DNA of 42,748 nucleotides from a virus (taxonomy: Duplodnaviria; Caudoviricetes): IMG/VR virus record IMGVR_UViG_3300036797_000126, positions 1 to 42,748 of that record; one strand, given 5' to 3'. Positions 26,294-36,700 of this stretch are shown one piece after another. The position numbers were made by a program, and so were the translations under genes. Numbering within the stretch: the first letter of the stretch is position 1; the number at the start of each line of letters is the position of its first letter. The notes beneath the pieces were generated by a model. The model did not search any database. It worked only from the letters and a program-made list of their open reading frames with translations, and was not told the origin of the DNA.

Positions 26294-26652
26294 TGAAAGT
26301 CAGTGCGAGAATTAAAGGAATCGAAGATATTTACCGCAGGAATAATCCCGATCGTTATAAAACACCGGTTGCGAATACTGTGGAAAAACATGCGAGGTTA
26401 CAAGCGAATACAGCTTCGAACAGAGCGCCAGTTGACTCAGGTAATTTAGCAGGAAGCATTCCACCGAGTGTTAAACCGATTAAAGAGGATAAAACAGGAT
26501 GGTCTTACGGATCACCAGTTATTTATGCGGACGTTCAAGAGTTAACACATAAAACGAAAAAGGGATTTATGCGTAAGACTGCATTCGAAGGCGAGCAACC
26601 GTTAATATCCGACTTAGAAAAAGCGATGCAACGAACAGCGAGAGGTTTATAA
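26293..26652 (+). CDS. HK97 gp10-like neck protein
   Basis: APVDSGNLAGSI...YA..QE motif. Confidence 0.75.
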   Translation: MKVSARIKGIEDIYRRNNPDRYKTPVANTVEKHARLQANTASNRAPVDSGNLAGSIPPSVKPIKEDKTGWSYGSPVIYADVQELTHKTKKGFMRKTAFEGEQPLISDLEKAMQRTARGL

Positions 26653-26654
26653 CG

Positions 26655-27062
26655 ATGTATACAGTAAATGACGTAATGTATTCGCTGAAAAAATCGTTAG
26701 AAGAGTTCGCACCTACTACTTGGGTGTACGATGGGGTCTCCTTAACTGGAAAAGCAAAACCGTTTCTTACGATTGAATCACTAACGGGAACCATTGATAG
26801 GTATTCGAAAGATAATTACGCACGAAATCACCTAATACAAATCGGGGTATATTCCGATACAGTATCTAACCGAAATGAATTACAAGATAGAATCATCGAC
26901 CGACTAGAAAGGCGACCTATCAACTTGTACAACACAAGTTCGAAGGTACCTACGCTAGTCGGTTTTTTATATGCGGAAGTTTCGTCATGTGAGCCGATTC
27001 CGCAAACAGATGCCACTCAACTAACGGCGAAACACCTCAGCTTTATCACAATTACGATTTAA
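26655..27062 (+). CDS. Tail terminator-like protein
   Basis: Position before the major tail gene; VYD..P(F) pattern. Confidence 0.55.
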   Translation: MYTVNDVMYSLKKSLEEFAPTTWVYDGVSLTGKAKPFLTIESLTGTIDRYSKDNYARNHLIQIGVYSDTVSNRNELQDRIIDRLERRPINLYNTSSKVPTLVGFLYAEVSSCEPIPQTDATQLTAKHLSFITITI

Positions 27063-27079
27063 ATCAAGGAGGAATATGG

Positions 27080-27592
27080 ATGGCTGGAACAACTGAAACT
27101 ACGGTAACGACACAAGCAGTATCACCTGAGTTTAAAGGGAAAGAAACGTTATATTTAATCGACATTCCACAAGTGACGGGTACTTCGAAAACAGTCCGAT
27201 TATTTAATCAAACGTCAGGTTCACGTTCTATTGAAGCAGGTGAGATTGAATTGAAAACAAAAGACAAATCCGGTAGCGATTACGGTGATGTAACACAATC
27301 GGTATCTATCGAGGGTGTAAGTACGGAAGGTGACGAAGCATTAGATTACATCGAAGAAGCAATTACGAATAAGAAACTCGTTAAAATTCACGAAGTTTCC
27401 TTACGCAGTGCAAAAGCGGGTGAGTATAAATCGAAGAGCGGTGCGTTTATGCTGAGTAGCGTCGAGCTTTCGCATGAAAATGAGGAGTTCTCGAAGTACT
27501 CTATCGAGGCGAAGTTAAACGGCGGGCTGTCTGTAGGTAAAATTACAACGATTCCATCTGGTGCTCCAGATGGATCAGTCGTTCAACCATAG
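27080..27592 (+). CDS. Major tail (tube) protein
   Basis: KGKE...ELKTKD...SIEG pattern (TP901-1-like); followed by a terminator at 27606-27628. Confidence 0.75.
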   Translation: MAGTTETTVTTQAVSPEFKGKETLYLIDIPQVTGTSKTVRLFNQTSGSRSIEAGEIELKTKDKSGSDYGDVTQSVSIEGVSTEGDEALDYIEEAITNKKLVKIHEVSLRSAKAGEYKSKSGAFMLSSVELSHENEEFSKYSIEAKLNGGLSVGKITTIPSGAPDGSVVQP

Positions 27593-27671
27593 AGAATTGA
27601 TTAGTAGGCGGGGGAAACTTCGCCTTTTACTTTTGCAAATAAATATAACTAATTAACGGAGGTTTTTATAA

Positions 27672-28046
27672 ATGACTAAATCATATACACGTTTTGAAGT
27701 GAAAGGGAAAGAGCACGAGCTTAAATACGGTTTTGAAGCAATTAAATTAATCGATAGCAATGGTGGTCCATTCGAATTTGTGCAAAAAGCAATGCAAGGC
27801 GGTCTTGAGGATTTCGTTGACGTTATTTACTACGCATTGATTCATACAGGAGAAGGTATTACACGAAAGGACATAGAGGAAGAAATTGAACGTCAATTAT
27901 TGTCCGAAGAGTTATCTTTCGATGACATCTTAAAGGTAAATAAGGCGGTAGTTCTTAATAGTTTTTTCTTCAAGAAAACAGTGAACAAGTTACTAGCGAG
28001 CATGGGCGAGGATCAGAAGAAAGCATTCGAGAGCCTATACGAATAA
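27672..28046 (+). CDS. Tail assembly chaperone (gpG-like)
   Basis: GKEHELKYGF motif; between major tail and tape measure genes. Confidence 0.75.
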   Translation: MTKSYTRFEVKGKEHELKYGFEAIKLIDSNGGPFEFVQKAMQGGLEDFVDVIYYALIHTGEGITRKDIEEEIERQLLSEELSFDDILKVNKAVVLNSFFFKKTVNKLLASMGEDQKKAFESLYE

Positions 28047-28390
28047 ACGTCGATGATTTATTAGCCGATTGTTTTCGATATTTTGGTATGTCAACGCTTG
28101 AGTCAAAACGGATAAGCATCAAAGAGTATCACATTATGCTTACCGGATACCGTGAGCGTCTACTAGATACTTACGAGATTGCTAGTGTTCAAGCTTTATT
28201 TTACCGAAATGCCCAGAGCGAGAAGGTAAAAAGTCTAGACGACATCTTTAAACGTCCAGAAAATGCTCGGGCGATAGAGGCAAAAGAAAAAGAGCGTGAA
28301 CGATTAACGGAAAAAATTCACGCAAACGAAGCTTTATTCGACGACATCGAACGAGCATTACGAAGTCAGAACGGAAAAGGCGGTGAATAA
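27962..28390 (+). CDS. gpT-like C-terminal extension expressed by -1 frameshift
   Basis: Slippery T TTT TTC at 27962-27968; the -1 frame is open from there to the stop at 28390 and includes ORF 28088..28390. Confidence 0.7.
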   Translation, partial: FFLQENSEQVTSEHGRGSEESIREPIRINVDDLLADCFRYFGMSTLESKRISIKEYHIMLTGYRERLLDTYEIASVQALFYRNAQSEKVKSLDDIFKRPENARAIEAKEKERERLTEKIHANEALFDDIERALRSQNGKGGE

Positions 28391-28392
28391 TT

Positions 28393-31300
28393 ATTAGTCA
28401 AAATAGAGTAGAGGTACAACTATTAGCGGACATATCATCGTTGCGAAGTAGTTTGACACAAGCGACTCAATTATGGAGAAACTTTCACCAAGCGGTTAGT
28501 CAGCCAATAAACATACCGGCGCCTAATGTACCGCCTCCACCTCGAATTCCTACACCGCCAGCACCGGCTCCGCCTGATATGTCGGGTTGGCAACGGACGT
28601 TTCAAAATGTAGGCAACCAAGCGCAAGAAATGGGGCGTAGGGTACAGGCAGTGGGGCAAAGTATGACAACGGCCTTTGCTCCACTTGCATATGCTTCCGG
28701 GAAGGCTTTTGGAAGTATGATTAAAAATTCGATGGAATTCGAACAACAAACTCGTAAAGCGGCGGTACTTACTGGAGGGGCTTACGGACAAGTTAAGAAA
28801 GACATTCTAGAAATGGCAACTAGCTCCGTATATTCGACGGGTCAAGTAGCGGCGGCATATGCAGAACTAGGAGCGAAAGGATTTGACGCAGCACAATCAA
28901 CCGCAGCGTTACCAGGCGTTCTATCAGCGGCCGCAGCTTCCGGAGAAGACCTCGGAATGGTAGCTGATACGATAACTTCCGCATTAAACGCGTTCGGTAT
29001 GGAAGCAAAGGATAGCGGGCATGTAGCAGATGTACTAGCACAGGCGGCAAATGCAACAGCAGCTGGCGTATATGATATGCAGTACGCATTTAAGTACGCA
29101 GCTGGTCCGGCGGCACAGTTAGGTATTGGAATGGAAGAACTTGCAGCATCTGTTGGTATCATGTCTAACGCAGGTATCAAAGGGGAAACGGCTGGTACAG
29201 CATTAAGATCGGCAATGCTTCGTTTAGTAAAACCACCAAAAGCAGCCGCTAATATGTTGAAGCAACTCGGTGTTACTACGACCGACAGTAGCGGAAACAT
29301 GAAGTCGCTTTCTCAAATTATCGGTGAATTACAAACGGGTATGGAAGGAATGACGAGTGCTCAGAAAGGGGCAGCATTAGCTACGATATTCGGTACGGAA
29401 GCTGTTTCCGGTATGATGGCACTTGTTTCAGCAGGCCCGGAGAAAATCGATAAACTTACGCAATCACTTATCAAATCGGATGGAGCTTCGAAAAAAGCAG
29501 CCGATTCAATGCTCGAAGGTTGGGCAGGTGCAATCGTTAAAATGCAATCGTCAGTTGACGTAGCAGCTCGTGCATTTACGGATTCTTTAGCACCAGCGAT
29601 AGTCGTAGTAGCTGATGCAATTAAGGCAGCATCGGAATGGTTCAACGGGCTATCCTCAACGATGAAAACAACAATTGCAACAGTAGTTACAGCTGGAGCA
29701 GCATTTACTGTCTTTATGGCTGCATTGGGATTTTTAATCAGTGGTATAGGTAGTTCTATAATCGTATTCGGCAAATTATTCTTAGCGATAGGTAAGTTAG
29801 GCTCAGTTATTAGTGTGCTAGTTGAAGGGATTACTATTTTAGGAACTATAATTGGTGCGCTTTTAGGTCCTGTTGGTATAGCAATTGGAATAATAGCTCT
29901 ATTAGGTGTAGCACTAGTTCAACTATACAAACATAACGAGACAGTCCGTAACGCAATGAATAGTGCTTGGGAATCCATTAAAAATGTTACTGTTTCCGCA
30001 GTAGAATCTATGAAATCGGCTCTAGACTCATTTGGTGCGTATCTTGCAACAATCCCCGCTAAGTTTTCAGCGATGGGTAGCGCGATAGGTGCTTTTTTTG
30101 AGTCCGTAAAAGCGAAGTTTATCGGACTTGGGCAAATGATAGGCGGGGCTTTCGGTTCAGCTATCGAAGGAATAAGTGCTAAGTTTTCAGGTATTAGTTC
30201 TGCGATTTCGCCAGTCGTAGATTATATTAAGTCTTCATTCGCATCGATAGGTAATACAATCGCTACATTAACACCGTTAATCGTCCGATTAGGACTAACG
30301 TTTTTAGGTGTGTCTGGACCTGTCGGTTGGGTTATCGCTATTGTTGCTTCATTAGGCGCTACGATTTTTAAGCTTGTGAATACGAATGATCAAGCAAAAG
30401 CAGCGTTAATGTCAGCGTGGGAATCGATTCAAAGTGTATTTAGTACAGTTGCTTCCGTAATCATGCCGATAATTACTTCATTAGCGAAAGGGTTTATCGA
30501 TGCGTTCGCACCGTTAGCTCCGGAGTTTCAAAAGACTGGACAAGTCATCATGGAAAGCTTCGCATCACTACAACCGGCATTTGCGGAGTTAGGTGCAGCG
30601 TTTGGCGAACTTGGTTCAACTATTATGAGTCTCTTTGGTGACGTCGTAAAACAAGTAATGCCATTAGCAACGGATTTATTTAAGCTATTTGGTGAGAACA
30701 TTCAACTAATGATGCCTATGGTAACGGATTTAATGAAACTGTTCGCTGAAACAACGATTGGAATTATGCCAGCAATAACTCAAGTAATCCAAGAATTATC
30801 TCAGATGTTTTCAGAGTTAGCGGCTGAAGTAATGCCGATGCTTTCACAAGTGGCACAAGAAGTATTCCCGGCGATTATGAATATTATACAAACATCCGTC
30901 GGGGTTTGGGTAATGGTCTTGAAACTGTTCGCAGACATTATTGTAATTATCGTGCAAGAAGCGATTCCTATTTTACTTACGATTGTCCAAGAGGTCTTTC
31001 CGGTAATCCAATCGATTATCCAAACGGCGATACCGATAATTATCGAGATTATTAAGTTATTCGGAGAGGTCATCACGATAGTTGCTACGACTGTAATTCC
31101 GCTTATCTTGCAAGTAGTGCAAGCGGTGTTTCCAGTAATTCTGGCGATAATTCAAGCGGTTATCCCAGTGGTTTCAGCAATATTACAAGGTGCGGCTGAG
31201 ATTATTAAAAGCGTGTTGATTCCTGCGATTCAATTTATTTTACAAATCGTACAAGCGGTATTCCCAGCAGTAATGGGCGTTATTAAATCTGTAATTGGCA

Positions 31301-32202
31301 TAATCACGAACATTATTAAACTATTTACGTCGATATTAAAAGGCGATTGGAGTGGCGCATGGGATGCGGTTAAGGGAATTACGTCAAATGTAATGTCGTT
31401 AATTAAAAGTATTATTGATGGAGCGATTTCTTTAATAGGCGTAATCGTACGTAACGGATTGAATTTAGTACAATCGATTTTCTCTAGCGTATTAAATGCG
31501 GTATGGAATGTAGTTAAATCTATATTCGATGGAATACGTAATGTAATTTCATCAGTAATTACAGCGGTTGGAAATATCATTTCTGCGGGGTGGAATGCAG
31601 CTAGTTCCGCAACCTCTAGTATTCTAGACGCTATGTCTAATACAGTATCAAATATATGGAATAATATCATCTCGTTCTTAAAAGGGATTAACCTAATGGA
31701 TATCGGTAAGAACATTATGGAAGGGTTACTTAACGGTATATCATCGATGGCTGGTCGTATATGGGATAAAATAACGGACATTGGTAACGGTATTAAAGAT
31801 AAATTTACAAGCATATTATCGATTCATTCTCCCTCACGCGTTTTCCGTGACTACGGCGTATATACCGGAAAAGGTTATGTAAATGGGGTTGACGGAATGA
31901 AAAGTGCAATAATCAGGACGTCAGAAGCTATGGCTAATTGGATGAAGCCGGAAATGTTAGCTGTGGATACTGACGCATCAATACCGAGAGGTGTTAACGG
32001 TCTAGGTGCTTACCAATCGGTTAAACCTACACCGAGCATATTAGCGAAAGATGCAGCGATTAACCAACCGTCTAGAGGCAAACAACCAGCAAATATTAAC
32101 ATACAGCTCGGTAAGCAAGAGTTTACGAGATTTGTTGACGATATTAGTGGCGAACAAGAAGCGGTTAAGAGACGTAGAGAAGTATTTAAAGGAGGACGGT
32201 AG
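28393..32202 (+). CDS. Tape measure protein (probable ATT start)
   Basis: TP901-type core (AG.KG..AGT.L), amphipathic helical repeats, IHSPSRVF. ATT 28393 is in frame behind an AAGGCGGTGA RBS. Confidence 0.9.
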   Translation: MSQNRVEVQLLADISSLRSSLTQATQLWRNFHQAVSQPINIPAPNVPPPPRIPTPPAPAPPDMSGWQRTFQNVGNQAQEMGRRVQAVGQSMTTAFAPLAYASGKAFGSMIKNSMEFEQQTRKAAVLTGGAYGQVKKDILEMATSSVYSTGQVAAAYAELGAKGFDAAQSTAALPGVLSAAAASGEDLGMVADTITSALNAFGMEAKDSGHVADVLAQAANATAAGVYDMQYAFKYAAGPAAQLGIGMEELAASVGIMSNAGIKGETAGTALRSAMLRLVKPPKAAANMLKQLGVTTTDSSGNMKSLSQIIGELQTGMEGMTSAQKGAALATIFGTEAVSGMMALVSAGPEKIDKLTQSLIKSDGASKKAADSMLEGWAGAIVKMQSSVDVAARAFTDSLAPAIVVVADAIKAASEWFNGLSSTMKTTIATVVTAGAAFTVFMAALGFLISGIGSSIIVFGKLFLAIGKLGSVISVLVEGITILGTIIGALLGPVGIAIGIIALLGVALVQLYKHNETVRNAMNSAWESIKNVTVSAVESMKSALDSFGAYLATIPAKFSAMGSAIGAFFESVKAKFIGLGQMIGGAFGSAIEGISAKFSGISSAISPVVDYIKSSFASIGNTIATLTPLIVRLGLTFLGVSGPVGWVIAIVASLGATIFKLVNTNDQAKAALMSAWESIQSVFSTVASVIMPIITSLAKGFIDAFAPLAPEFQKTGQVIMESFASLQPAFAELGAAFGELGSTIMSLFGDVVKQVMPLATDLFKLFGENIQLMMPMVTDLMKLFAETTIGIMPAITQVIQELSQMFSELAAEVMPMLSQVAQEVFPAIMNIIQTSVGVWVMVLKLFADIIVIIVQEAIPILLTIVQEVFPVIQSIIQTAIPIIIEIIKLFGEVITIVATTVIPLILQVVQAVFPVILAIIQAVIPVVSAILQGAAEIIKSVLIPAIQFILQIVQAVFPAVMGVIKSVIGIITNIIKLFTSILKGDWSGAWDAVKGITSNVMSLIKSIIDGAISLIGVIVRNGLNLVQSIFSSVLNAVWNVVKSIFDGIRNVISSVITAVGNIISAGWNAASSATSSILDAMSNTVSNIWNNIISFLKGINLMDIGKNIMEGLLNGISSMAGRIWDKITDIGNGIKDKFTSILSIHSPSRVFRDYGVYTGKGYVNGVDGMKSAIIRTSEAMANWMKPEMLAVDTDASIPRGVNGLGAYQSVKPTPSILAKDAAINQPSRGKQPANINIQLGKQEFTRFVDDISGEQEAVKRRREVFKGGR

Positions 32203-32203
32203 A

Positions 32204-33718
32204 TTGCTAGTTTTTAACGGAATAAATCTAGAGGAATATTTCGAGAAGAAATACGAGCAAGGATTTTTTATGGTTAACGATATAAGAGGACGCGGTATTT
32301 TTAGTGATGAAATCAATAAGCTAACGGTACCGCACCGTCCAGGTTCATATTATTTAAGTAAACGGACTCCCGAGAGAGTAATAGAGGTAGACTTCTCTCT
32401 TAAGGGAGTCTCTCTCTTTGAATTGAGAAAACGTATAGATGAATTAAACAATATATTAAATACCGAGGGACCTGTGGAAATTTCGTTTACTGACGAGCCT
32501 GATCTCACATATTACGGAATTAAAGAAGCGGTCGAAGAAAAACTTGAAAAATCAAATATTCATCAAGCGACTATTTCAATATTATGTTTAATGCCTTATA
32601 AACTAGGAAAAACAAATACGAATACATTTACTCAAAATTCGTCTTCAGAAACAACGTCATACTTTAGTAATGAAGGCAGCGTAGAAGCTCCACCAATAAT
32701 TGAAATGGTTGTGAAAAAACCAAGTACATTCTTAGATGTATGGTTTGGAGAATATCCACATAATCGTGATTATTTTAGAATCGGCTACCCTCTCACTGTG
32801 GAAGAAACAACAGTACAAGAACGAGAAAGAGTAATGTGGGATGAAATGACTACATCTGTAGGATGGACTCCTGTTACTGGACAAGTTGAGGAAATGAAAG
32901 GAACAGGTAGTTTTAAATCAAGGGATGGTTACGCATTATATTGTCAAGATTACGGACAAGAGAAAGGATTCCACGGCGCAATTGCTAAGAAAAACATTCC
33001 AGGTGGACCGTTACAAGATTTTGAAATGGAGACTTGGGTGCGTTTGAAATCCAAAAGTATTGGAGAAATGGGACGTGTAGAGGTACTTCTTTTAGATGAT
33101 ACAAGTAATATCGTCACACGAATTAACATGAATGATTTATATTGGGATGCTGAAATGACGAAAGCATACATGCGTATCGGAAATGCAGGAACGCCTAACA
33201 GTATACGAAAATTAGTAGATACAAGTGGGGCACATCCTAATACATTTAATCAATTTTACGGTAGGTTACGTATTGCAAGGCGTGGAAAAGAGTGGTCTGT
33301 TTATGTATCCCGTTTTAGAGATGGTACAGAAACTGATGACGCTTCAATTCCGGTGAAATGGATTGATACAAGTGAAATTGACAAGCAGAATCCAATGACA
33401 GAACGAAAAATTGCACAAGTAATGATTTCAATTATGAGTTGGGATGTAAATAAACCTGTTGATGTCATGCAGATTGATGATTTAAAGATTTGGAAAGTGA
33501 ACAAAGTCCCTTCAAATACAAAGCCTTATATTTTCGATACAGGAGACAAAGTTATTATTGATACAGAAAGAAGCCTTGTCACAATCAATGGGAAGAACGC
33601 AATAAATATAAAAGATATTTTTAGTAACTTTCCAACCATAATACGCGGCGACAATCGAATTGATATTATGCCACCAGATGTAAACGCAACAGTTAGTTAT
33701 AGGGAGAGATACAGATGA
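32204..33718 (+). CDS. Distal tail (Dit) protein with inserted module
   Basis: TTG 32204 after GGAGG; FTDEPDLTYYG and NEGSVEAPP Dit motifs. Confidence 0.8.
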   Translation: MLVFNGINLEEYFEKKYEQGFFMVNDIRGRGIFSDEINKLTVPHRPGSYYLSKRTPERVIEVDFSLKGVSLFELRKRIDELNNILNTEGPVEISFTDEPDLTYYGIKEAVEEKLEKSNIHQATISILCLMPYKLGKTNTNTFTQNSSSETTSYFSNEGSVEAPPIIEMVVKKPSTFLDVWFGEYPHNRDYFRIGYPLTVEETTVQERERVMWDEMTTSVGWTPVTGQVEEMKGTGSFKSRDGYALYCQDYGQEKGFHGAIAKKNIPGGPLQDFEMETWVRLKSKSIGEMGRVEVLLLDDTSNIVTRINMNDLYWDAEMTKAYMRIGNAGTPNSIRKLVDTSGAHPNTFNQFYGRLRIARRGKEWSVYVSRFRDGTETDDASIPVKWIDTSEIDKQNPMTERKIAQVMISIMSWDVNKPVDVMQIDDLKIWKVNKVPSNTKPYIFDTGDKVIIDTERSLVTINGKNAINIKDIFSNFPTIIRGDNRIDIMPPDVNATVSYRERYR

Positions 33719-36700
33719 GAACACCAAGCGGAATCCTTCATGTTGTGGATTTTAAAACAGATCAAATTGTCTCGGCTATTCAACCACAGGACTATTGGGA
33801 CGACAAGCGCCATTGGGAAATCAAAAACAATATTGATACGCTAGATTTTACAACTTTTGATGGAACAGAACACGCGATTACATTACAGCAACAAAATCTA
33901 GTTTTAAAAGAAGTACGTGATGGTCGTATTATTCCATATGTTATTACTGAGACTGAAAAAAATTCCGATAACAGATCTATTACACCATATTCTTCTGGTG
34001 CTTGGGTTCAAATTGCCAAGTCCGGAATTATAAATCCACAACGAATAGAGAGCAAAACGGTTAATGAATTCATTGATATGGCTCTCTTGGGAATGAAGTG
34101 GAAACGTGGAAATACTGAATACGCCGGATTCCATACCATGACCATTGATGAGTTTATCGATCCGCTTACGTTTTTAAAGAAAATCGCTTCGTTATTCGAT
34201 TTAGAAATTCAATATCGCGTAGAAGTAGTAGGCTCTCAAATTACCGGTTGGTATGTAGATATGGTTAAAAAGCGCGGTCAAGAAACCGGAAAAGAAATAG
34301 AACTTGGGAAAGATTTGGTTGGAATAAAACGTATCGAACATTCTCGTGAAATTTGCACAGCTCTTGTTGGTTTTGTACGTGGTGAAGAGGAGAAAATCAT
34401 TACTGTTGAGAGTATAAATAACGGTCTTCCTTATATTACAGATAGCGATGCTTTCCAACGTTGGAATGAACATGGAAAACACAAATTTGGTTTCTATACT
34501 CCAGAAACAGAAGAACAAAATATGACACCGCAACGATTAATGACTTTGATGAAAACGGAATTTAAAAAACGTGTTAATACTTCTGTTTCCTATGAAGTTG
34601 AAGCACAGTCGATTGGTCGTGTATTCGGATTAGCTCATGAGTTAATTAATGAAGGCGACACAATCAAGATTAAAGATACAGGTTTTACACCTGAATTGTA
34701 TTTAGAAGCTCGCGTTATTGCTGGTGATGAATCATTTACTGATCCTACACAAGATAAATATGTGTTTGGTGATTATCGTGAGATTGTTGATCCAAACGAG
34801 GAATTAAGAAAGATTTACAATCGAATACTTGGCTCATTAGGTAATAAGCAAGAAATGATAGATCAGCTAGATAAATTAGTGAAAGAAGCTAATGAAACAG
34901 CTAGTAAGGCAAAGGAAGAATCAGAGGCAGCAAAGACACTGGCTGAAAAAGTTCAAGAGAACATAAAAAATAACACTGTGGAGATCATTGAAGCAAAGAA
35001 TCCACCAACAAGTGGTCTTAAACCATATAAAACACTTTGGCGTGATATCAGTAATGGTAAGCCTGGTATTTTGAAAATATGGACAGGTACAGCTTGGGAG
35101 TCAGTTGTTCCAGACGTGGAATCAGTAAAGAAAGAAACATTGGAACAGGTGAGTAAAGATATTGAGTCCACAAAAACAGAATTAAATCAAAAGGTTCAAA
35201 GCGTGGAAGGTAAAGCACAAGAAATAGCTGGACAAATAGTGGATGTTCAAAAGCAAATTAATGGAAAAGTGGATCAAACATGGATTAATACCCAATTAAA
35301 AGATAAGGCTGATAAATCAGGTGTTTTCACAAAAGATGAGATTAATAATGGATTTATAGGTAAACAAATTTATGAAACTGACAAACAAGGAAACGTTAAG
35401 AAGTTCCAAGAAATCAGTACATCCTTTGAACAAACAAATGAAACTATTAAATCAAAAGCTGAAAAACAAAGTGTAACGGATTTAGGAAATAATTTGTCAC
35501 AAGTTTCTAAGGTCGCTAATGAAGCAAAACAAACCGCAGAGGGAAATACCAGTACCATTACCAGTTTGCAAGCTACAGTAAATAAGATTAATGACGACGT
35601 AACTAATCTGCTAATTGACTCAGGTACTTTTGAGGGTGCTGATACGGATTTAACTAAAGGGAAACGTTGGTACTTAAAAGGTACAGGAAATAGCGGTAAA
35701 ATTTCAGCAGATAATTTCCAAGGTAACGCTGTATTCGAAACGCAGTCGAGTTGGGCGGGGATTGGTTACAACTTCAAAGACTTAGTAGACAGAGGGGTTG
35801 TCAAGCTAGACGACAAAGTGAATTATAGCTTCTATGCTCGTATGAAGGGATTACCTAACGGACAAACAAAACCACATACATTCTTCTTTAGGGGCACTGC
35901 TTCAGGTACTAGATGGACAGACCTTAATAACCAATGGAAACGTTATAGCGTAACCTTCACCGTAACGGCTGAAATGCTAGCGACTAGCGGAATTGTAGTA
36001 GAAAGCTACATGAGAACTGAAGCAGAAGAAAATACGGGAGCTTACGGGTGGTATCAACAGAGTCAACCTCAATTAACTATAGGGGATAAGCTTTACACTT
36101 GGAGAACAGCACCTGAGGACAACGCTACAATAGCAAAAAAATCAAACGAGATTAAGCAAACAGTAGATAGTAATATAATTACAATCCAAAATATACAAAA
36201 GGATCAAAGTAAACTCACTGAACGTGTTACCGAATCAGAGCAAACCGCAGATGGATTTAAAACTTCTATTGAATCGTTAACGAAAAAAGATACTGAAATC
36301 AGTAATAAATTAAATACAGTTGAATCCACTGTAGAAGGTACAAAAAAGACTATTTCTGATGTGCAGCAAACAACCAATGACCTGAAAAAAACAACAACTG
36401 AAATTACAGAGCAAGCTGGGAAAATCAGTGAGAAGTTAACAAGTGTAGAAACAAAGGTTAATAGCGATAAAGCTGGCGGACGAAACCTTTTATCAAAATC
36501 AAATGTTAAATATGAGAAGACCGATTATTTAATCAATCAGTATTCTCTTACTGAAAATTTCTCTACAGGCGAAGAATATACATTTGTAATTAAAGGAACT
36601 GTACCTGCAGGTCAAAAGTTTGGTATTTGGATGAATGGCGGGTCTAGCAATGTTGGATATGCAACAAGCGTTTACGCTAATGGAATAACTTATGTAACAT

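Noticed and set aside
28471-31814. Long antisense ORFs inside the tape measure gene (similar ones occur in the scaffold, capsid and VirB6-like genes)
   Set aside because: Expected shadow frames of low-complexity coding DNA.
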